Notes: generated by a model not told the origin, from the sequence alone. A stretch of DNA of 32,000 nt from Nitrosopumilus sp. b3 (GCF_014078525.1 NZ_MU078694.1:327885-359884), one strand, 5' to 3'. Shown: positions 17,053 through 26,452, counted from the first letter of the stretch. Translations and numbers: made by a program.

Positions 17053-17865
17053 ATGAAATTATCGGTTGCCATTCCAGAGTCTGCGTTATCTGATGAATCA
17101 CTCAAGATAGACAAAACAAGAAAAATTTCAGTTCTAGCAAGAGCATGTGCAATTTTTAAAATTGATACGATATTTGTCTACCAAGAAGGAAACAATAGAA
17201 ATGATGGAAGTCTATTGGTAATGATTTTAAAATATTTAGAGACACCTCAATTTTTGAGAAGAAGGTTATTTCCAAAGATGAATGATTTAAAATTTGCAGG
17301 AGTGTTGCAGCCACTTAAAATCCCGAGTCATATTACTCCAGTTAATTCTAAAAAAATAAGTCCCGGTGATATCAGAGAAGGTATTGTAATCAGTGTGAAA
17401 GGTAAACGATTTGTTGATGTTGGGATTAATCAATTAATACCATTTTTTGGAAAAACATCCATAGGTAAAAGAGTAACAGTGCAATTCAAAGAAGGTTATC
17501 CAAAATTATCAGTAAAAGAGATAGACAAAAGAGAGGTTCCATTCTATTGGGGATATTCTGTAAAAGAGAGAGCAAACTTATTTTCAATTTTGTCAGAATG
17601 GAAAGGAAACATAATCATTACATCAAGAAAAGGTAAAACTGCAACTAAAGAGCAAATTTCCAAATATGTAAAATCAGATCAACCTACACTCGTAGTTTTT
17701 GGATCTCCCGAAAAAGGCATTCATGAAATACTTGGCGGAAAAATGAAAAATGTTCAAAATGCAAAATCATTGAATTTTTTTCCCAATCAAGCTACAGAAA
17801 CTGTGCGTCTAGAGGAGGCGTTACTTGGAACATTGGCAATAATTAATGCACAGAGTACCTCATAA
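17053..17865 (+). CDS. Putative SPOUT-superfamily RNA methyltransferase (COG2106/DUF171-like)
   Basis: LSVAIPESALSDES...KISVLARACAIFKIDTIFVY and the C-terminal VVFGSPEKG...NQATETVRLEEAL resemble the DUF171 family commonly found next to proteasome/exosome genes in archaea. Confidence 0.65.
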   Translation: MKLSVAIPESALSDESLKIDKTRKISVLARACAIFKIDTIFVYQEGNNRNDGSLLVMILKYLETPQFLRRRLFPKMNDLKFAGVLQPLKIPSHITPVNSKKISPGDIREGIVISVKGKRFVDVGINQLIPFFGKTSIGKRVTVQFKEGYPKLSVKEIDKREVPFYWGYSVKERANLFSILSEWKGNIIITSRKGKTATKEQISKYVKSDQPTLVVFGSPEKGIHEILGGKMKNVQNAKSLNFFPNQATETVRLEEALLGTLAIINAQSTS

Positions 17866-17866
17866 A

Positions 17867-17977
17867 ATGCCAGAAAGAAAAAATTTTCTATTATTTGCCA
17901 TTACAGTGGGAGTTGCAGGTATTATTATTGGTGGAATAACAATTTGGAACATGGCATTAGATTTGTTAAATCCATAA
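17867..17977 (+). CDS. Possible 36-aa single-TM micro-protein
   Basis: Hand translation gives MPERKNFLLFAITVGVAGIIIGGITIWNMALDLLNP. The ATG lies 1 nt after the preceding stop codon. Confidence 0.35.
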   Translation: MPERKNFLLFAITVGVAGIIIGGITIWNMALDLLNP

Positions 17978-18069
17978 AAATTTAGGCACTTATCGTTAAC
18001 TCGAATTTTTTTTATGGTTAACGACATCTCACATGGTTTAATAGAGGGATTTCAAGATGCGATTTATCC

Positions 18070-19062
18070 ATGGGCGCTAGAAAAAACCATCAACCACGTA
18101 GAGGAAGTCTTGCGTATTCACCAAGAGCACGTGCAAAAAGTATGGAGGCACGTATTAGAGCATGGCCAAAATTAAATTCAGAAGAGCCAAAAATATTAGC
18201 TCACTGTGGATTCAAAGCTGGATGTGTCCAGATAGTAAGTATAGACGATAGGGAAAAAGTTCCAAATGCAGGAAAACAACTCGTCAGTCTTGGAACAGTT
18301 CTAGTAACACCACCAGTACTAATTTTAGGAATTAGAGGATATTCAAAAGATCATGATGGAATGCATGCAGAATTTGACGTATATGCAGATGACATTCCAA
18401 AATACATATCAAAAGAAATTACAGTAAAAAACAAAGAAGGGGCACTAGACAATGCAGAAAAATCTCTTCGAAAAATTAAAGAAATTTTTGCAATAGTAGC
18501 AGTATCACCTAGAGCAGCAGGACTAGAACAAAAGAAGCCTTACATTTTTGAAGCATCAGTAAGTGGCGGAGACATACAAAAGCAGTTTACACATGTAAAA
18601 GAGTTACTTGGAAAAGAAATTAAGATTGATCAAATATTTGAGACGGGTGCAACTGTAGATGTTGCAGCAATTACTAAAGGTAAAGGATGGCAAGGTGTAA
18701 TTCAAAGATGGGGTGTAAAAAAGAAACAACACAAATCAAGAAAGACAGTTAGAGAAGTTGGTTCACTTGGCCCAATTTCTCCACAAAGTGTCATGTATAC
18801 AGTACCAAGAGCAGGACAGATGGGATTCCATCAACGAATAGAATACGATAAACGAATAATGATTATGGGTAATGCCAATGACGAACAAATTAAAATCAAT
18901 CCAGACGGAGGATTCAAGCACTTTGGACTTGTTAAAGGGGATTTCATTATTCTAAAAGGATCAGTTCCAGGAACATATAGAAGATTAATCAAACTGAGAA
19001 GTCAAATCAGAAATGTACCAGCTAAAGTCACAAAGCCAAATATTTTGGAGGTAGTCATCTAA
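18070..19062 (+). CDS. rpl3: 50S ribosomal protein uL3
   Basis: MGARKNHQPRRGSLAYSPR..., GKGWQGV and the operon position. Confidence 0.95.
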   Translation: MGARKNHQPRRGSLAYSPRARAKSMEARIRAWPKLNSEEPKILAHCGFKAGCVQIVSIDDREKVPNAGKQLVSLGTVLVTPPVLILGIRGYSKDHDGMHAEFDVYADDIPKYISKEITVKNKEGALDNAEKSLRKIKEIFAIVAVSPRAAGLEQKKPYIFEASVSGGDIQKQFTHVKELLGKEIKIDQIFETGATVDVAAITKGKGWQGVIQRWGVKKKQHKSRKTVREVGSLGPISPQSVMYTVPRAGQMGFHQRIEYDKRIMIMGNANDEQIKINPDGGFKHFGLVKGDFIILKGSVPGTYRRLIKLRSQIRNVPAKVTKPNILEVVI

Positions 19063-19874
19063 TGAAAACAGCCATCCACACTACAACTGGAACAAAAGAT
19101 GGAGAAGTAGAATTACCACTTGTATTTTCCACACCATTTAGAAGAGAATTAATTCACAAAGCTTTCACTAATTTAACATCCCACAAATTCCAACCACAGG
19201 GAAGACATCCATCTGCAGGTCAAGATGTAGTTGCAGATTCCAATGATCCACCAACAGGTCAAGGGGTTTCTCGTGTTGCAAGAAGTACAGGTGGTGGCGG
19301 TGGTCGACAAGGTCAAGGTGCAGAAGTAGCATCCACTAGAGGAGGAAGACAAGCACATCCGCCAATTGTAGCCAAAGTAATTTACAAAAAATTAAACAAA
19401 AAAGAAAACAAATTGGCATTATGTTCTGCAATTGCTGCTACAGCATCAAAAGAACTTGTAGGTCAACGAGGCCACAAAATAGAAGGCATTGAATCATTTC
19501 CAATTATCGTATCAGATGATATTGAAGCAATTTCAAAAACTAATGAGATGACCAAAGTATTGGATGCATTAAAACTCACACAGGATGTAGAAAGATTAGA
19601 ATCAAGAAAATCACGTTCTGGTCAATCAAGACTCAGAGGAAGAAGTAAAAAAGTTGGAAAGAGTGTTTTGTTTGTTACCAAAGACGATTCAAATATCAAA
19701 AAAGCAATTGGAGCATTACCAGGAGTAGAAGCAAGAAGTGTCAAAGACTTAAGTGTATTAGATTTAGCACCAGGTTCTGATCCAATTAGGCTAACTGTAT
19801 ATTCCAAATCTGCAATTGAGGAAATTGGAAAGATAAAATCAACACATCTAGAGGTTATGGTGAAAACACAATGA
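19062..19874 (+). CDS. rpl4: 50S ribosomal protein uL4
   Basis: GQGVSRVAR...GGRQAHPP motif. GGAGGT SD upstream. TAATG overlap with rpl3. Confidence 0.95.
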   Translation: MKTAIHTTTGTKDGEVELPLVFSTPFRRELIHKAFTNLTSHKFQPQGRHPSAGQDVVADSNDPPTGQGVSRVARSTGGGGGRQGQGAEVASTRGGRQAHPPIVAKVIYKKLNKKENKLALCSAIAATASKELVGQRGHKIEGIESFPIIVSDDIEAISKTNEMTKVLDALKLTQDVERLESRKSRSGQSRLRGRSKKVGKSVLFVTKDDSNIKKAIGALPGVEARSVKDLSVLDLAPGSDPIRLTVYSKSAIEEIGKIKSTHLEVMVKTQ

Positions 19875-20137
19875 ATGTAGATCAAGCAAATAAAATTATT
19901 TTAAAACCATACATAACTGAAAAAACATTTGCCATGGTAGAAAATGAAAGTAAAATTTGTTTCATTGTAGAAAGATCTGCAAGCAAGCCAGAAATTGCCG
20001 AAGCTGTAAAATCACTTTACAATCAAAATGTCACTAATGTCAATACTGCAAGAACAATTTATGGCAAAAAAGCATTTGTTCAATTTGAAAATACCGAAAA
20101 AGCCAGAGATTTGGCAACCAAGATAGGAATGCTATAA
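19871..20137 (+). CDS. rpl23: 50S ribosomal protein uL23
   Basis: ILKPYITEKTFAMVENESKICFIV... ATGA overlap with rpl4. Confidence 0.9.
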   Translation: MNVDQANKIILKPYITEKTFAMVENESKICFIVERSASKPEIAEAVKSLYNQNVTNVNTARTIYGKKAFVQFENTEKARDLATKIGML

Positions 20138-20181
20138 TATGGACCACAAAACTCGAAGTACATTAACAGAGGAGAAGAAGG

Positions 20182-20577
20182 TTGGTTAAAGAATTTCTAT
20201 ACAGAGGCATTCCAAAAGAGGAGCTTGATAGTTTGTCCTTAGAAAAATTATTCTTACTATTCAATTCCAGACAAAGAAGATCTCTTACAAGAGGAATCAC
20301 CGATGGAAAAAGAAAATTGATTGAAGAAATTAAATCTGCAAAAGCAGGCAAAGTAAAAAACCCTATCAAAACCCATGTCAGAGATTTGATTATTTTACCA
20401 TACATGGTAGGCGTCACAGTAAATGTATTTTCAGGAAAAGAATTCCGTCCAGTTAACATCACAACAGAGATGATCGGGCATTATTTAGGAGAATATGTAA
20501 TAACAAACAAGAGAGTTTCACACGGAGCACCAGGTGTAGGTGCATCAAGATCCAGTCTCTACGTACCACTAAAGTGA
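20182..20577 (+). CDS. rps19: 30S ribosomal protein uS19
   Basis: KEFLYRGIPKEEL...GKEFRPVNITTEMIGHYLGEYV..GAPGVGA. TTG start 44 bp after rpl23. Confidence 0.9.
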   Translation: MVKEFLYRGIPKEELDSLSLEKLFLLFNSRQRRSLTRGITDGKRKLIEEIKSAKAGKVKNPIKTHVRDLIILPYMVGVTVNVFSGKEFRPVNITTEMIGHYLGEYVITNKRVSHGAPGVGASRSSLYVPLK

Positions 20578-20582
20578 TTATT

Positions 20583-21041
20583 ATGGGTAGATTCGATTAC
20601 GCTTTCCAAAATTATGATGCAACAAGACATGTGCGTTCATCATTAAGAGAAAAAGACATCTCACACAAACATGCACGTGAAGTAGCAGTTTCTATCAAAG
20701 GGCTATCAATTGAAAAAGCAAGAGACTACCTTATTGCAGTAATTAACAAAAAAAGAGCAGTTGCATTTAGAAGATATAAAAATCAAGTTGGCCACAAAGC
20801 AGATCCTGGTATGATGTCAGGACGATATCCACAAAAAACTGCAAAAGAATTCATCAAAGTTTTAGATAATTTAGAATCAAATGCAGAATACAAAGGAATG
20901 GATTTAGATAGATTAAGAATCGTGAATGCTACCGTTCACAAAGGAGTTATTGTTAAAAGATTTATTCCAAGAGCTATGGGAAGGGCAACTCCCAAAAACA
21001 ATGTATTGACCCACGTAGAATTGGTGGCACAGGAGATTTAG
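20583..21041 (+). CDS. rpl22: 50S ribosomal protein uL22
   Basis: MGRFDYAF...HARVSIKG-type uL22 core. The ATG at 20583 is preferred over the GTG at 20574 given by the ORF track. Confidence 0.9.
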   Translation: MGRFDYAFQNYDATRHVRSSLREKDISHKHAREVAVSIKGLSIEKARDYLIAVINKKRAVAFRRYKNQVGHKADPGMMSGRYPQKTAKEFIKVLDNLESNAEYKGMDLDRLRIVNATVHKGVIVKRFIPRAMGRATPKNNVLTHVELVAQEI

Positions 21042-21043
21042 AT

Positions 21044-21799
21044 ATGTCAGCAGTCAAAAATGTAATCAAAGATAACTACAACATGATGCTTCTCAAAGAT
21101 TATCTTAGAGAGGCAATTAAAGATGCAGGATTTTCACATGCAGAGATATCAAAAACACCAGTTGGTACAAGGGTTGCATTACATGTTACTAGACCAGGAA
21201 TCGTCATTGGAAGAAAAGGTTCTGGAATCAGAGCACTAACAGACAAACTAGCATCAGATTTTGGATTAAAAAATCCACAAATTTCAGTAGTAGAAATTGA
21301 AAAACCAGAATTAGCACCTAGTGTAATGTGTAATAGAATGGCAGCACATCTTGAAAGAGGTACTGCCTTTAGAAGAGCAACCATGTGGACTTTAAAACAA
21401 ATCATGGAAAATGGTGCAATGGGAGTTCAAATTACAATTTCAGGTAAACTTAGAGGGGATCGTTCTGCGTTTGAGAAACATACAGCAGGAATATTGCCAA
21501 GAGCAGGTCATCACGCAGAGGTTATTGTTGCAGAAGACATTGCTCATGTTAAAACAGCCATGGGGTTAATTGGCATAAGAATCAGAATTGCAAATAAAGC
21601 TAAACTCGTTCCAGAATTTGAAATGAAAACTGAAAAAGCAATGAAAACAAAACAAGTCAAAGACGAGGGAACAGGAAAAATGCGAGATGAAACCGCAGCT
21701 GAAGCAAAAGCTAGAACAGAGTCAGAACAAATTGCACTAGAGGAAGAAAAAATGAAGGAGCTTGAAACATTAGAAGAAGAGGAGGCACAATTGAAATGA
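21044..21799 (+). CDS. rps3: 30S ribosomal protein uS3 with a Lys/Glu-rich C-terminal tail
   Basis: KH-domain segment ([15 protein letters not shown]), the uS3 C-domain and an AGGAG SD. Confidence 0.95.
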   Translation: MSAVKNVIKDNYNMMLLKDYLREAIKDAGFSHAEISKTPVGTRVALHVTRPGIVIGRKGSGIRALTDKLASDFGLKNPQISVVEIEKPELAPSVMCNRMAAHLERGTAFRRATMWTLKQIMENGAMGVQITISGKLRGDRSAFEKHTAGILPRAGHHAEVIVAEDIAHVKTAMGLIGIRIRIANKAKLVPEFEMKTEKAMKTKQVKDEGTGKMRDETAAEAKARTESEQIALEEEKMKELETLEEEEAQLK

Positions 21800-22002
21800 C
21801 CAGAATAAGTATGAAAACAATAAAGCAATTAAATGAGAAAGATCTTAAGAGTAAGATTCAAGAAACACGCAGTGAACTTGCAAAACTTAGAGTTGATGCC
21901 TCTAAAGGTACGCTAAGAAAAGAGAGTGGCAAACTAAAACCACTACGACATGATATTGCAAGAATGCTAACAAGAATAAACGAGATGAAGAGAGAAAAAT
22001 GA
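21796..22002 (+). CDS. rpl29: 50S ribosomal protein uL29
   Basis: 68 aa with the pattern [34 protein letters not shown] overlap. Confidence 0.9.
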   Translation: MTRISMKTIKQLNEKDLKSKIQETRSELAKLRVDASKGTLRKESGKLKPLRHDIARMLTRINEMKREK

Positions 22003-22265
22003 TCACTGCAGAAAATATTTCATCACATGAATTCATTGGATTAAGTACAGAGATTGTAAAATCCACCAATCCACAAATAATAGGATTAAATGGAACAATC
22101 ATAAATGAAACAAAATCAATGTTTACAATAAATACAGAAAACGGATCTAAATCAATTGCAAAGTCAACAAACAGTTGGAAATTTTCAATTGATAGTAACG
22201 AAATAGTTATTGACGGATCCAAAATCACAAAAAGACCATTTGACAGATTAGGAGCTAAAATATGA
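21999..22265 (+). CDS. rnp1: RNase P protein component 1 (Rpp29/Pop4)
   Basis: HEFIGLSTEIVKSTNPQIIGLNGTIINETKSMFTI...KRPFDRL matches the Rpp29 Sm-like barrel pattern and its canonical slot between L29 and S17. Confidence 0.85.
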   Translation: MITAENISSHEFIGLSTEIVKSTNPQIIGLNGTIINETKSMFTINTENGSKSIAKSTNSWKFSIDSNEIVIDGSKITKRPFDRLGAKI

Positions 22266-22585
22266 CACGAGATATAGGATTAAAAGTAAAAGAACCAAAA
22301 GAACAATGTACAGACAAGCATTGTCCATTCCACGGTAATCTATCAATCAGAGGAAAGCTTTTTGATGGCAAAGTTACTGGAAGTAAAGCAAAACAAACTA
22401 TCACATTACAAAAAGATGCACCAATTTACTTTAGCAAGTTCAAGAGATATGCACGAGGAACAAGCACAATTCATGCACATGTTCCAGAATGTATTGATGT
22501 TGAAACAGGAAATCATGTTTTGACTGCAGAATGTAGACCTATCTCAAAATCAGTATCATATGTTGTCGTGGAGGTTAAAGTATAA
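22262..22585 (+). CDS. rps17: 30S ribosomal protein uS17
   Basis: CTDKHCPFHGNLSIRGKLFDGKVTGSKAKQTITL. Confidence 0.95.
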   Translation: MTRDIGLKVKEPKEQCTDKHCPFHGNLSIRGKLFDGKVTGSKAKQTITLQKDAPIYFSKFKRYARGTSTIHAHVPECIDVETGNHVLTAECRPISKSVSYVVVEVKV

Positions 22586-23007
22586 TGGCAAAACAAGCAG
22601 GTAAAGGAGTAGAGGAATTCCGCCCATATGTCACTCGTTCAATTCCAGTAGGTGCAAACATTGTATGTGCTGATAATTCCGGTGCTAAAATTTTAGAGAT
22701 TATCAATGTTCCAAGACATAAAACAAGAGTGTCAAGACTTCCATCTGCAGCAGTTGGAGATTTTTGCAATGTTGTGGTTAAGAAAGGTCCAGCAGAATTA
22801 AGAAAGCAAGTTTATGGAGCAGTTATTGTTAGACAAAAATATGCAGTACGTAGATTAAATGGAGTAAGGGTTTGTTTTGAGGACAATGCAGCAGTGCTAA
22901 TTACACCTGAAGGCGAAACAAAAGGAACTGACATCAAAGGACCAGTAGCAGCAGAAGCTTCAGAAAAATGGCCAAGAGTAGCTAACTTGGCATCAATGGT
23001 GGTATAA
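22585..23007 (+). CDS. rpl14: 50S ribosomal protein uL14
   Basis: VCADNSGAKILEII...FEDNAAVLI. GGAGGT SD. Confidence 0.95.
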   Translation: MAKQAGKGVEEFRPYVTRSIPVGANIVCADNSGAKILEIINVPRHKTRVSRLPSAAVGDFCNVVVKKGPAELRKQVYGAVIVRQKYAVRRLNGVRVCFEDNAAVLITPEGETKGTDIKGPVAAEASEKWPRVANLASMVV

Positions 23008-23011
23008 CAAA

Positions 23012-23452
23012 ATGAAACCAACAAAAATGCGCAACAATATGATTTTTCGTGCAACATTCCAAACTAAAAGTAAACAACTTGGAAGCACATTATCAAAAGA
23101 TCTTCGTAAAAAATACGGTAAGAGAAGTGTTCGTGCAATTGAAGGCGACAATGTGACTATACTCAGAGGAGAGTTCAAAGGTGTGGAAGGAAAAATAGCC
23201 AAAGTATCTACTCAAAAAAGTAGTGTTGCAATTGAAGGTGTAAAGAAAGAAAAAACAAAAGGGGATAAATTTGATGTTTACATTCACACATCTAATCTGT
23301 TAGTAACTTCACTTAGTACAGATGACAAGTGGAGAATTTCAAAACTTGAGGGCAAGAATCCAAGTAAACAACCTAAAGTAGCACCAACCAAAGAAGATCC
23401 TAAAGAAACAAAAGTAGAAGAAAAAATTGAAAAAAAGGAAGATGAGAGTTAA
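23012..23452 (+). CDS. rpl24: 50S ribosomal protein uL24 with a Lys/Glu-rich C-terminal tail
   Basis: LSKDLRKKYGKRSVRAIEGDNVTILRGEFKGVEGKIAKV (KOW motif). Confidence 0.9.
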   Translation: MKPTKMRNNMIFRATFQTKSKQLGSTLSKDLRKKYGKRSVRAIEGDNVTILRGEFKGVEGKIAKVSTQKSSVAIEGVKKEKTKGDKFDVYIHTSNLLVTSLSTDDKWRISKLEGKNPSKQPKVAPTKEDPKETKVEEKIEKKEDES

Positions 23453-24168
23453 TGGTAAGTATAGCAGGTAGTAAAAAACTCAAACGACAAATGGCCCCAC
23501 AATTCTGGGGAATTAACAGAAAAAATAAGCGATTTGTAATTACTGTCAAACCAGGTGCGCATAAAAAAAGTCATTCTGTACCATCAGCAGTATTTCTAAG
23601 AGATATGCTAAATATTGTCACTAGTCTTAGAGAAGCAAAAAGTTCAATTTATTCTGGAAAGATCAAAGTAGACGGAGTTGTTAGAAAATCACTTCATCAT
23701 GCAATAGGATTAATGGATGTAGTAGAATTAGAAAATGTTTCAGAGATTTATCGTCTGGTTCCAACCGAAGAACGATTGTTACAACCAATAAAAATTAATG
23801 AATCTGAGAAATCAAAAAAACTAGTAAGAGTAACAAGTAAAACTACAATCAATAAAGGAAAAACACAGATAGGATTCCATGACGGACGTTCAATTATTTC
23901 AGATAGTAAAGTGAACATTGGAGATACATGTTTAATTCAAATTCCAGAAGTAAAAATTCTTGAAATTATAAAATTAGAAGTAGGAAGTCATGGATTAGTA
24001 ACACGTGGAAATAACACAGGTAAAGTAGGAAAAATTGAAACAATAGAAGAAGGAACATTCATCCTTCCAAAAAGAGTCATCCTATCACTAGAAAACAGAA
24101 AAATCGAGATTCCTGCAGACATTATTATGTCAATTGGTAAAGGAGAGCCAGTTATTCAAATAAAGTGA
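23452..24168 (+). CDS. rps4e: 30S ribosomal protein eS4
   Basis: KKLKRQMAPQFWGINRK...KPGAHKKSHSVP. TAATG overlap. Confidence 0.95.
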   Translation: MVSIAGSKKLKRQMAPQFWGINRKNKRFVITVKPGAHKKSHSVPSAVFLRDMLNIVTSLREAKSSIYSGKIKVDGVVRKSLHHAIGLMDVVELENVSEIYRLVPTEERLLQPIKINESEKSKKLVRVTSKTTINKGKTQIGFHDGRSIISDSKVNIGDTCLIQIPEVKILEIIKLEVGSHGLVTRGNNTGKVGKIETIEEGTFILPKRVILSLENRKIEIPADIIMSIGKGEPVIQIK

Positions 24169-24172
24169 TCAC

Positions 24173-24694
24173 ATGTCTCAAACAACAGAGCCAGTAATGA
24201 AAAAAATCTCTTTGGAGAAAGTAGTCCTTAACATGGGAGTTGGAAAATCAGGAGATGCAATCAATATTGCTAAAAAAGCACTTGATCAAATATCAGGAAA
24301 AAAATCATCATCAAGAGCTGCAAAAGAAACTCAAAGAGATTGGGGAGTTAGAAAGGGAGAACCAATAGGGGTAGCAGTAACAATTCGAGGTAATGATGCA
24401 AAAGAATTACTAAAAAGATTGTTAGAAGCAAAAGGCAATGTTGTTAATGGAAAGTCATTTGATAATTTCGGAAATTATTCATTTGGAATTAAAGAGCACA
24501 TCGACATTCCAGGTGTAAAGTATGATCCACAAATAGGAATTTTAGGATTAGGAATTTCAATCACACTAACAAGACCAGGATACGGAATTAGAAACAGAAG
24601 TAAACACAAAGCAAGTGTAGGAAAAAAACACATTATCAGTAATCAAGAAGCAAAGGATTATCTAGTAAAAGAATTTGGAGTGTCAGTAGCATAA
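24173..24694 (+). CDS. rpl5: 50S ribosomal protein uL5
   Basis: KVVLNMGVGKSGD...FGIKEHIDIPGVKYDPQIGILGL. Confidence 0.95.
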   Translation: MSQTTEPVMKKISLEKVVLNMGVGKSGDAINIAKKALDQISGKKSSSRAAKETQRDWGVRKGEPIGVAVTIRGNDAKELLKRLLEAKGNVVNGKSFDNFGNYSFGIKEHIDIPGVKYDPQIGILGLGISITLTRPGYGIRNRSKHKASVGKKHIISNQEAKDYLVKEFGVSVA

Positions 24695-24873
24695 TGGCAA
24701 AAGATAGATCATACGAAGCAACTGGAAGAAAAAAACACGATTTTGGAAGAGGTTCACGTTGGTGTAAAAGATGTGGAGATTATACAGCTGTTATTCAAAA
24801 ATATGATTTAATGTTATGCAGACGATGCTTCAGAGAAGTCGCAACATCTTTAGGGTTCAGGAAAAATAAGTGA
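24694..24873 (+). CDS. rps14: 30S ribosomal protein uS14 (zinc-binding type), missing from the ORF track
   Basis: Hand translation gives MAKDRSYEATGRKKHDFGRGSRWCKRCGDYTAVIQKYDLMLCRRCFREVATSLGFRKNK (59 aa) with CxxC...CxxC. TAATG overlap with rpl5. It sits in the expected slot between L5 and S8. Confidence 0.9.
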   Translation: MAKDRSYEATGRKKHDFGRGSRWCKRCGDYTAVIQKYDLMLCRRCFREVATSLGFRKNK

Positions 24874-24879
24874 TATAAT

Positions 24880-25272
24880 ATGCCAGCAACTAACATTTTA
24901 GCAAATCTATTCGTTACACTTTACAACAATGAAACAAGAAGAAAAGGAGACTGTGTGATCCTCCCAACATCAAAATTGGGAATTGAGGTCCTCAAAACAC
25001 TCCAAAAAGATGGATATATTGGAGAATTTGAGCACATTGACGATAAAAGAGGAGGTAAATTCAAAATTAAATTATTAGCAAAAATTACAAAATGTGGTGC
25101 AATCTCGCCAAGATTCAAAGTGAAAAATGACGAATATAATAATTGGGAGCAGCAATATTTACCAGCATATGATAGGGGAATGTTGTTAGTTACAACAAAC
25201 CAAGGAGTAATGTCACATCATGATGCATCAGAGAAAGGAATTGGAGGATTTTTGATAGGATATGTCTACTAA
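24880..25272 (+). CDS. rps8: 30S ribosomal protein uS8
   Basis: ANLFVTLYNNETRRK...GYIGEFE...GGFLIGYVY. Confidence 0.95.
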   Translation: MPATNILANLFVTLYNNETRRKGDCVILPTSKLGIEVLKTLQKDGYIGEFEHIDDKRGGKFKIKLLAKITKCGAISPRFKVKNDEYNNWEQQYLPAYDRGMLLVTTNQGVMSHHDASEKGIGGFLIGYVY

Positions 25273-25819
25273 GCAAATAGAGAAATTACAGGATGAGGTT
25301 ATCATCCCAGAAGGAGTCAAACTTTCACTAAACAAACACATGCTATCCTTTGTTGGACCACTAGGTAAAACCCACAAGAGTTTCAGAACAATTCCAATAA
25401 ACATAGAGATTGCCGAGAATAAAGTTATTCTAAATGCTATAGGAAATAGAAAAAAAGATTATGCAATTTTACACACAGCAAGATCTATCATTAGAAATAT
25501 TTGCGAAGGTTTGGTAGAAGGATACACCATCAAAATGAAAATTGTTTATTCACACTTTCCAATTACAGTAAAAGTAGAAGGGAAAAAAATCTTAATTGAG
25601 AATTTTCAAGGAGAAAGAGCACCAAGAGTTACAAAAAGTGTTGGAAACACCAAAGTAATTCCTAAAGGCGAAGATGTAATTTTAACAGGAGAAGTGTGGA
25701 CTGACATTACTCAAACAGCAGCAAATATTGAGCTTAAAAGTAAAGTAAAAAATAAAGACCACAGAGTTTTTCTAGATGGCATATACGCATTTGAGAAAAA
25801 GAAAGGCATAGAAAAATAA
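25262..25819 (+). CDS. rpl6: 50S ribosomal protein uL6
   Basis: Two-domain uL6 pattern (VYSHFPITVKVEGKKILIENFQGER). GGAGGA SD. Overlaps rps8 by 11 nt. Confidence 0.9.
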   Translation: MSTKQIEKLQDEVIIPEGVKLSLNKHMLSFVGPLGKTHKSFRTIPINIEIAENKVILNAIGNRKKDYAILHTARSIIRNICEGLVEGYTIKMKIVYSHFPITVKVEGKKILIENFQGERAPRVTKSVGNTKVIPKGEDVILTGEVWTDITQTAANIELKSKVKNKDHRVFLDGIYAFEKKKGIEK

Positions 25820-25836
25820 AATCCTAAGTTTTTCTA

Positions 25837-26124
25837 ATGACCCTTGATCCAGAATTTCTTAAGCAAACAACTGATTTGATAACCCAGACTCTTGAATTAT
25901 ACAAAGCTGCAGGTGCATCTCCCAGAGTTGGAGAGACATGGGATTGTGAAAATATAGGTGATTTTTTGTGTGGGTTTTTTGTAGGTGAGATGGTAGGTTC
26001 TGCACTCAGTGCATTTCAAATTGTCCATCAAAGAGAACCAACACCAGATGAGCATCTAGAAATTATTGAATTAGTTGAAAGTCACGCAAAAGAAATCAAA
26101 GAATTTTTTTCCAAATTCAATTAA
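25837..26124 (+). CDS. Hypothetical 95-aa protein occupying the slot where L32e/L19e normally follow L6
   Basis: ATG-started ORF 17 bp after rpl6. No r-protein motifs. Weak resemblance to the 101-aa ORF at 31523-31828. Confidence 0.55.
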   Translation: MTLDPEFLKQTTDLITQTLELYKAAGASPRVGETWDCENIGDFLCGFFVGEMVGSALSAFQIVHQREPTPDEHLEIIELVESHAKEIKEFFSKFN

Positions 26125-26197
26125 GTTTTCTAACAGTTTTTACTCCAATATTCATAGTCGGAAAGATTAAATCACTTTTGCCAAGGTCTAAACTTGT

Positions 26198-26271
26198 GCC
26201 TCCCTAGCTCAGCGTGGTAGAGCAACCGGCTGTTAACCGGTTGGTCACCAGTTCAAGTCTGGTGGGAGGCG
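26198..26271 (+). tRNA. tRNA-Asn (anticodon GTT)
   Basis: Folded by hand. Acceptor gcctccc/gggaggc, D arm gctc-agcgtggta-gagc, anticodon arm accgg-ctGTTaa-ccggt, variable loop tggtc, T arm accag-ttcaagt-ctggt, discriminator G. No encoded CCA and no intron. Confidence 0.92.
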
Positions 26272-26276
26272 CTTCA

Positions 26277-26304
26277 TTATTTCTAAACTCGAGTTTTGAA
26301 ACAT
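26277..26304. repeat. 28-bp palindrome copy A (ttatttctaaa-CTCGAG-ttttgaaacat), 3 arm mismatches
   Basis: Read directly from the sequence. Begins 5 bp after the tRNA-Asn 3' end. Confidence 0.85.
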
Positions 26305-26336
26305 CATTATTCATACCCCTAAAAATTAAAATAGGC

Positions 26337-26364
26337 ATATTTCTAAATTCGAATTTAGAAATAT
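26337..26364. repeat. 28-bp palindrome copy B (atatttctaaa-TTCGAA-tttagaaatat), perfect, extendable to 30 bp (26336-26365)
   Basis: Read directly from the sequence. The reverse complement equals the forward sequence. Confidence 0.95.
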
Positions 26365-26452
26365 GGATCGGTTGATAGTAATTGGTTTAGACAATTAGAC
26401 AACATAGATCTAATAGATGATCGCATATCTAGAATAATGCAGGGGGTTTACA

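Noticed and set aside
19173-23287. Nine 61-108-aa ORFs antisense to or overlapping the ribosomal-protein operon (19173-19358, 19622-19885, 20163-20462, 21100-21405, 21544-21828, 21902-22228, 22575-22769, 22812-23057, 22993-23202, 23093-23287).
   Set aside because: Each lies wholly within or across confidently identified r-protein genes. Their translations are low-complexity (Ser/Phe/Ile/Leu-rich) and typical of shadow frames.
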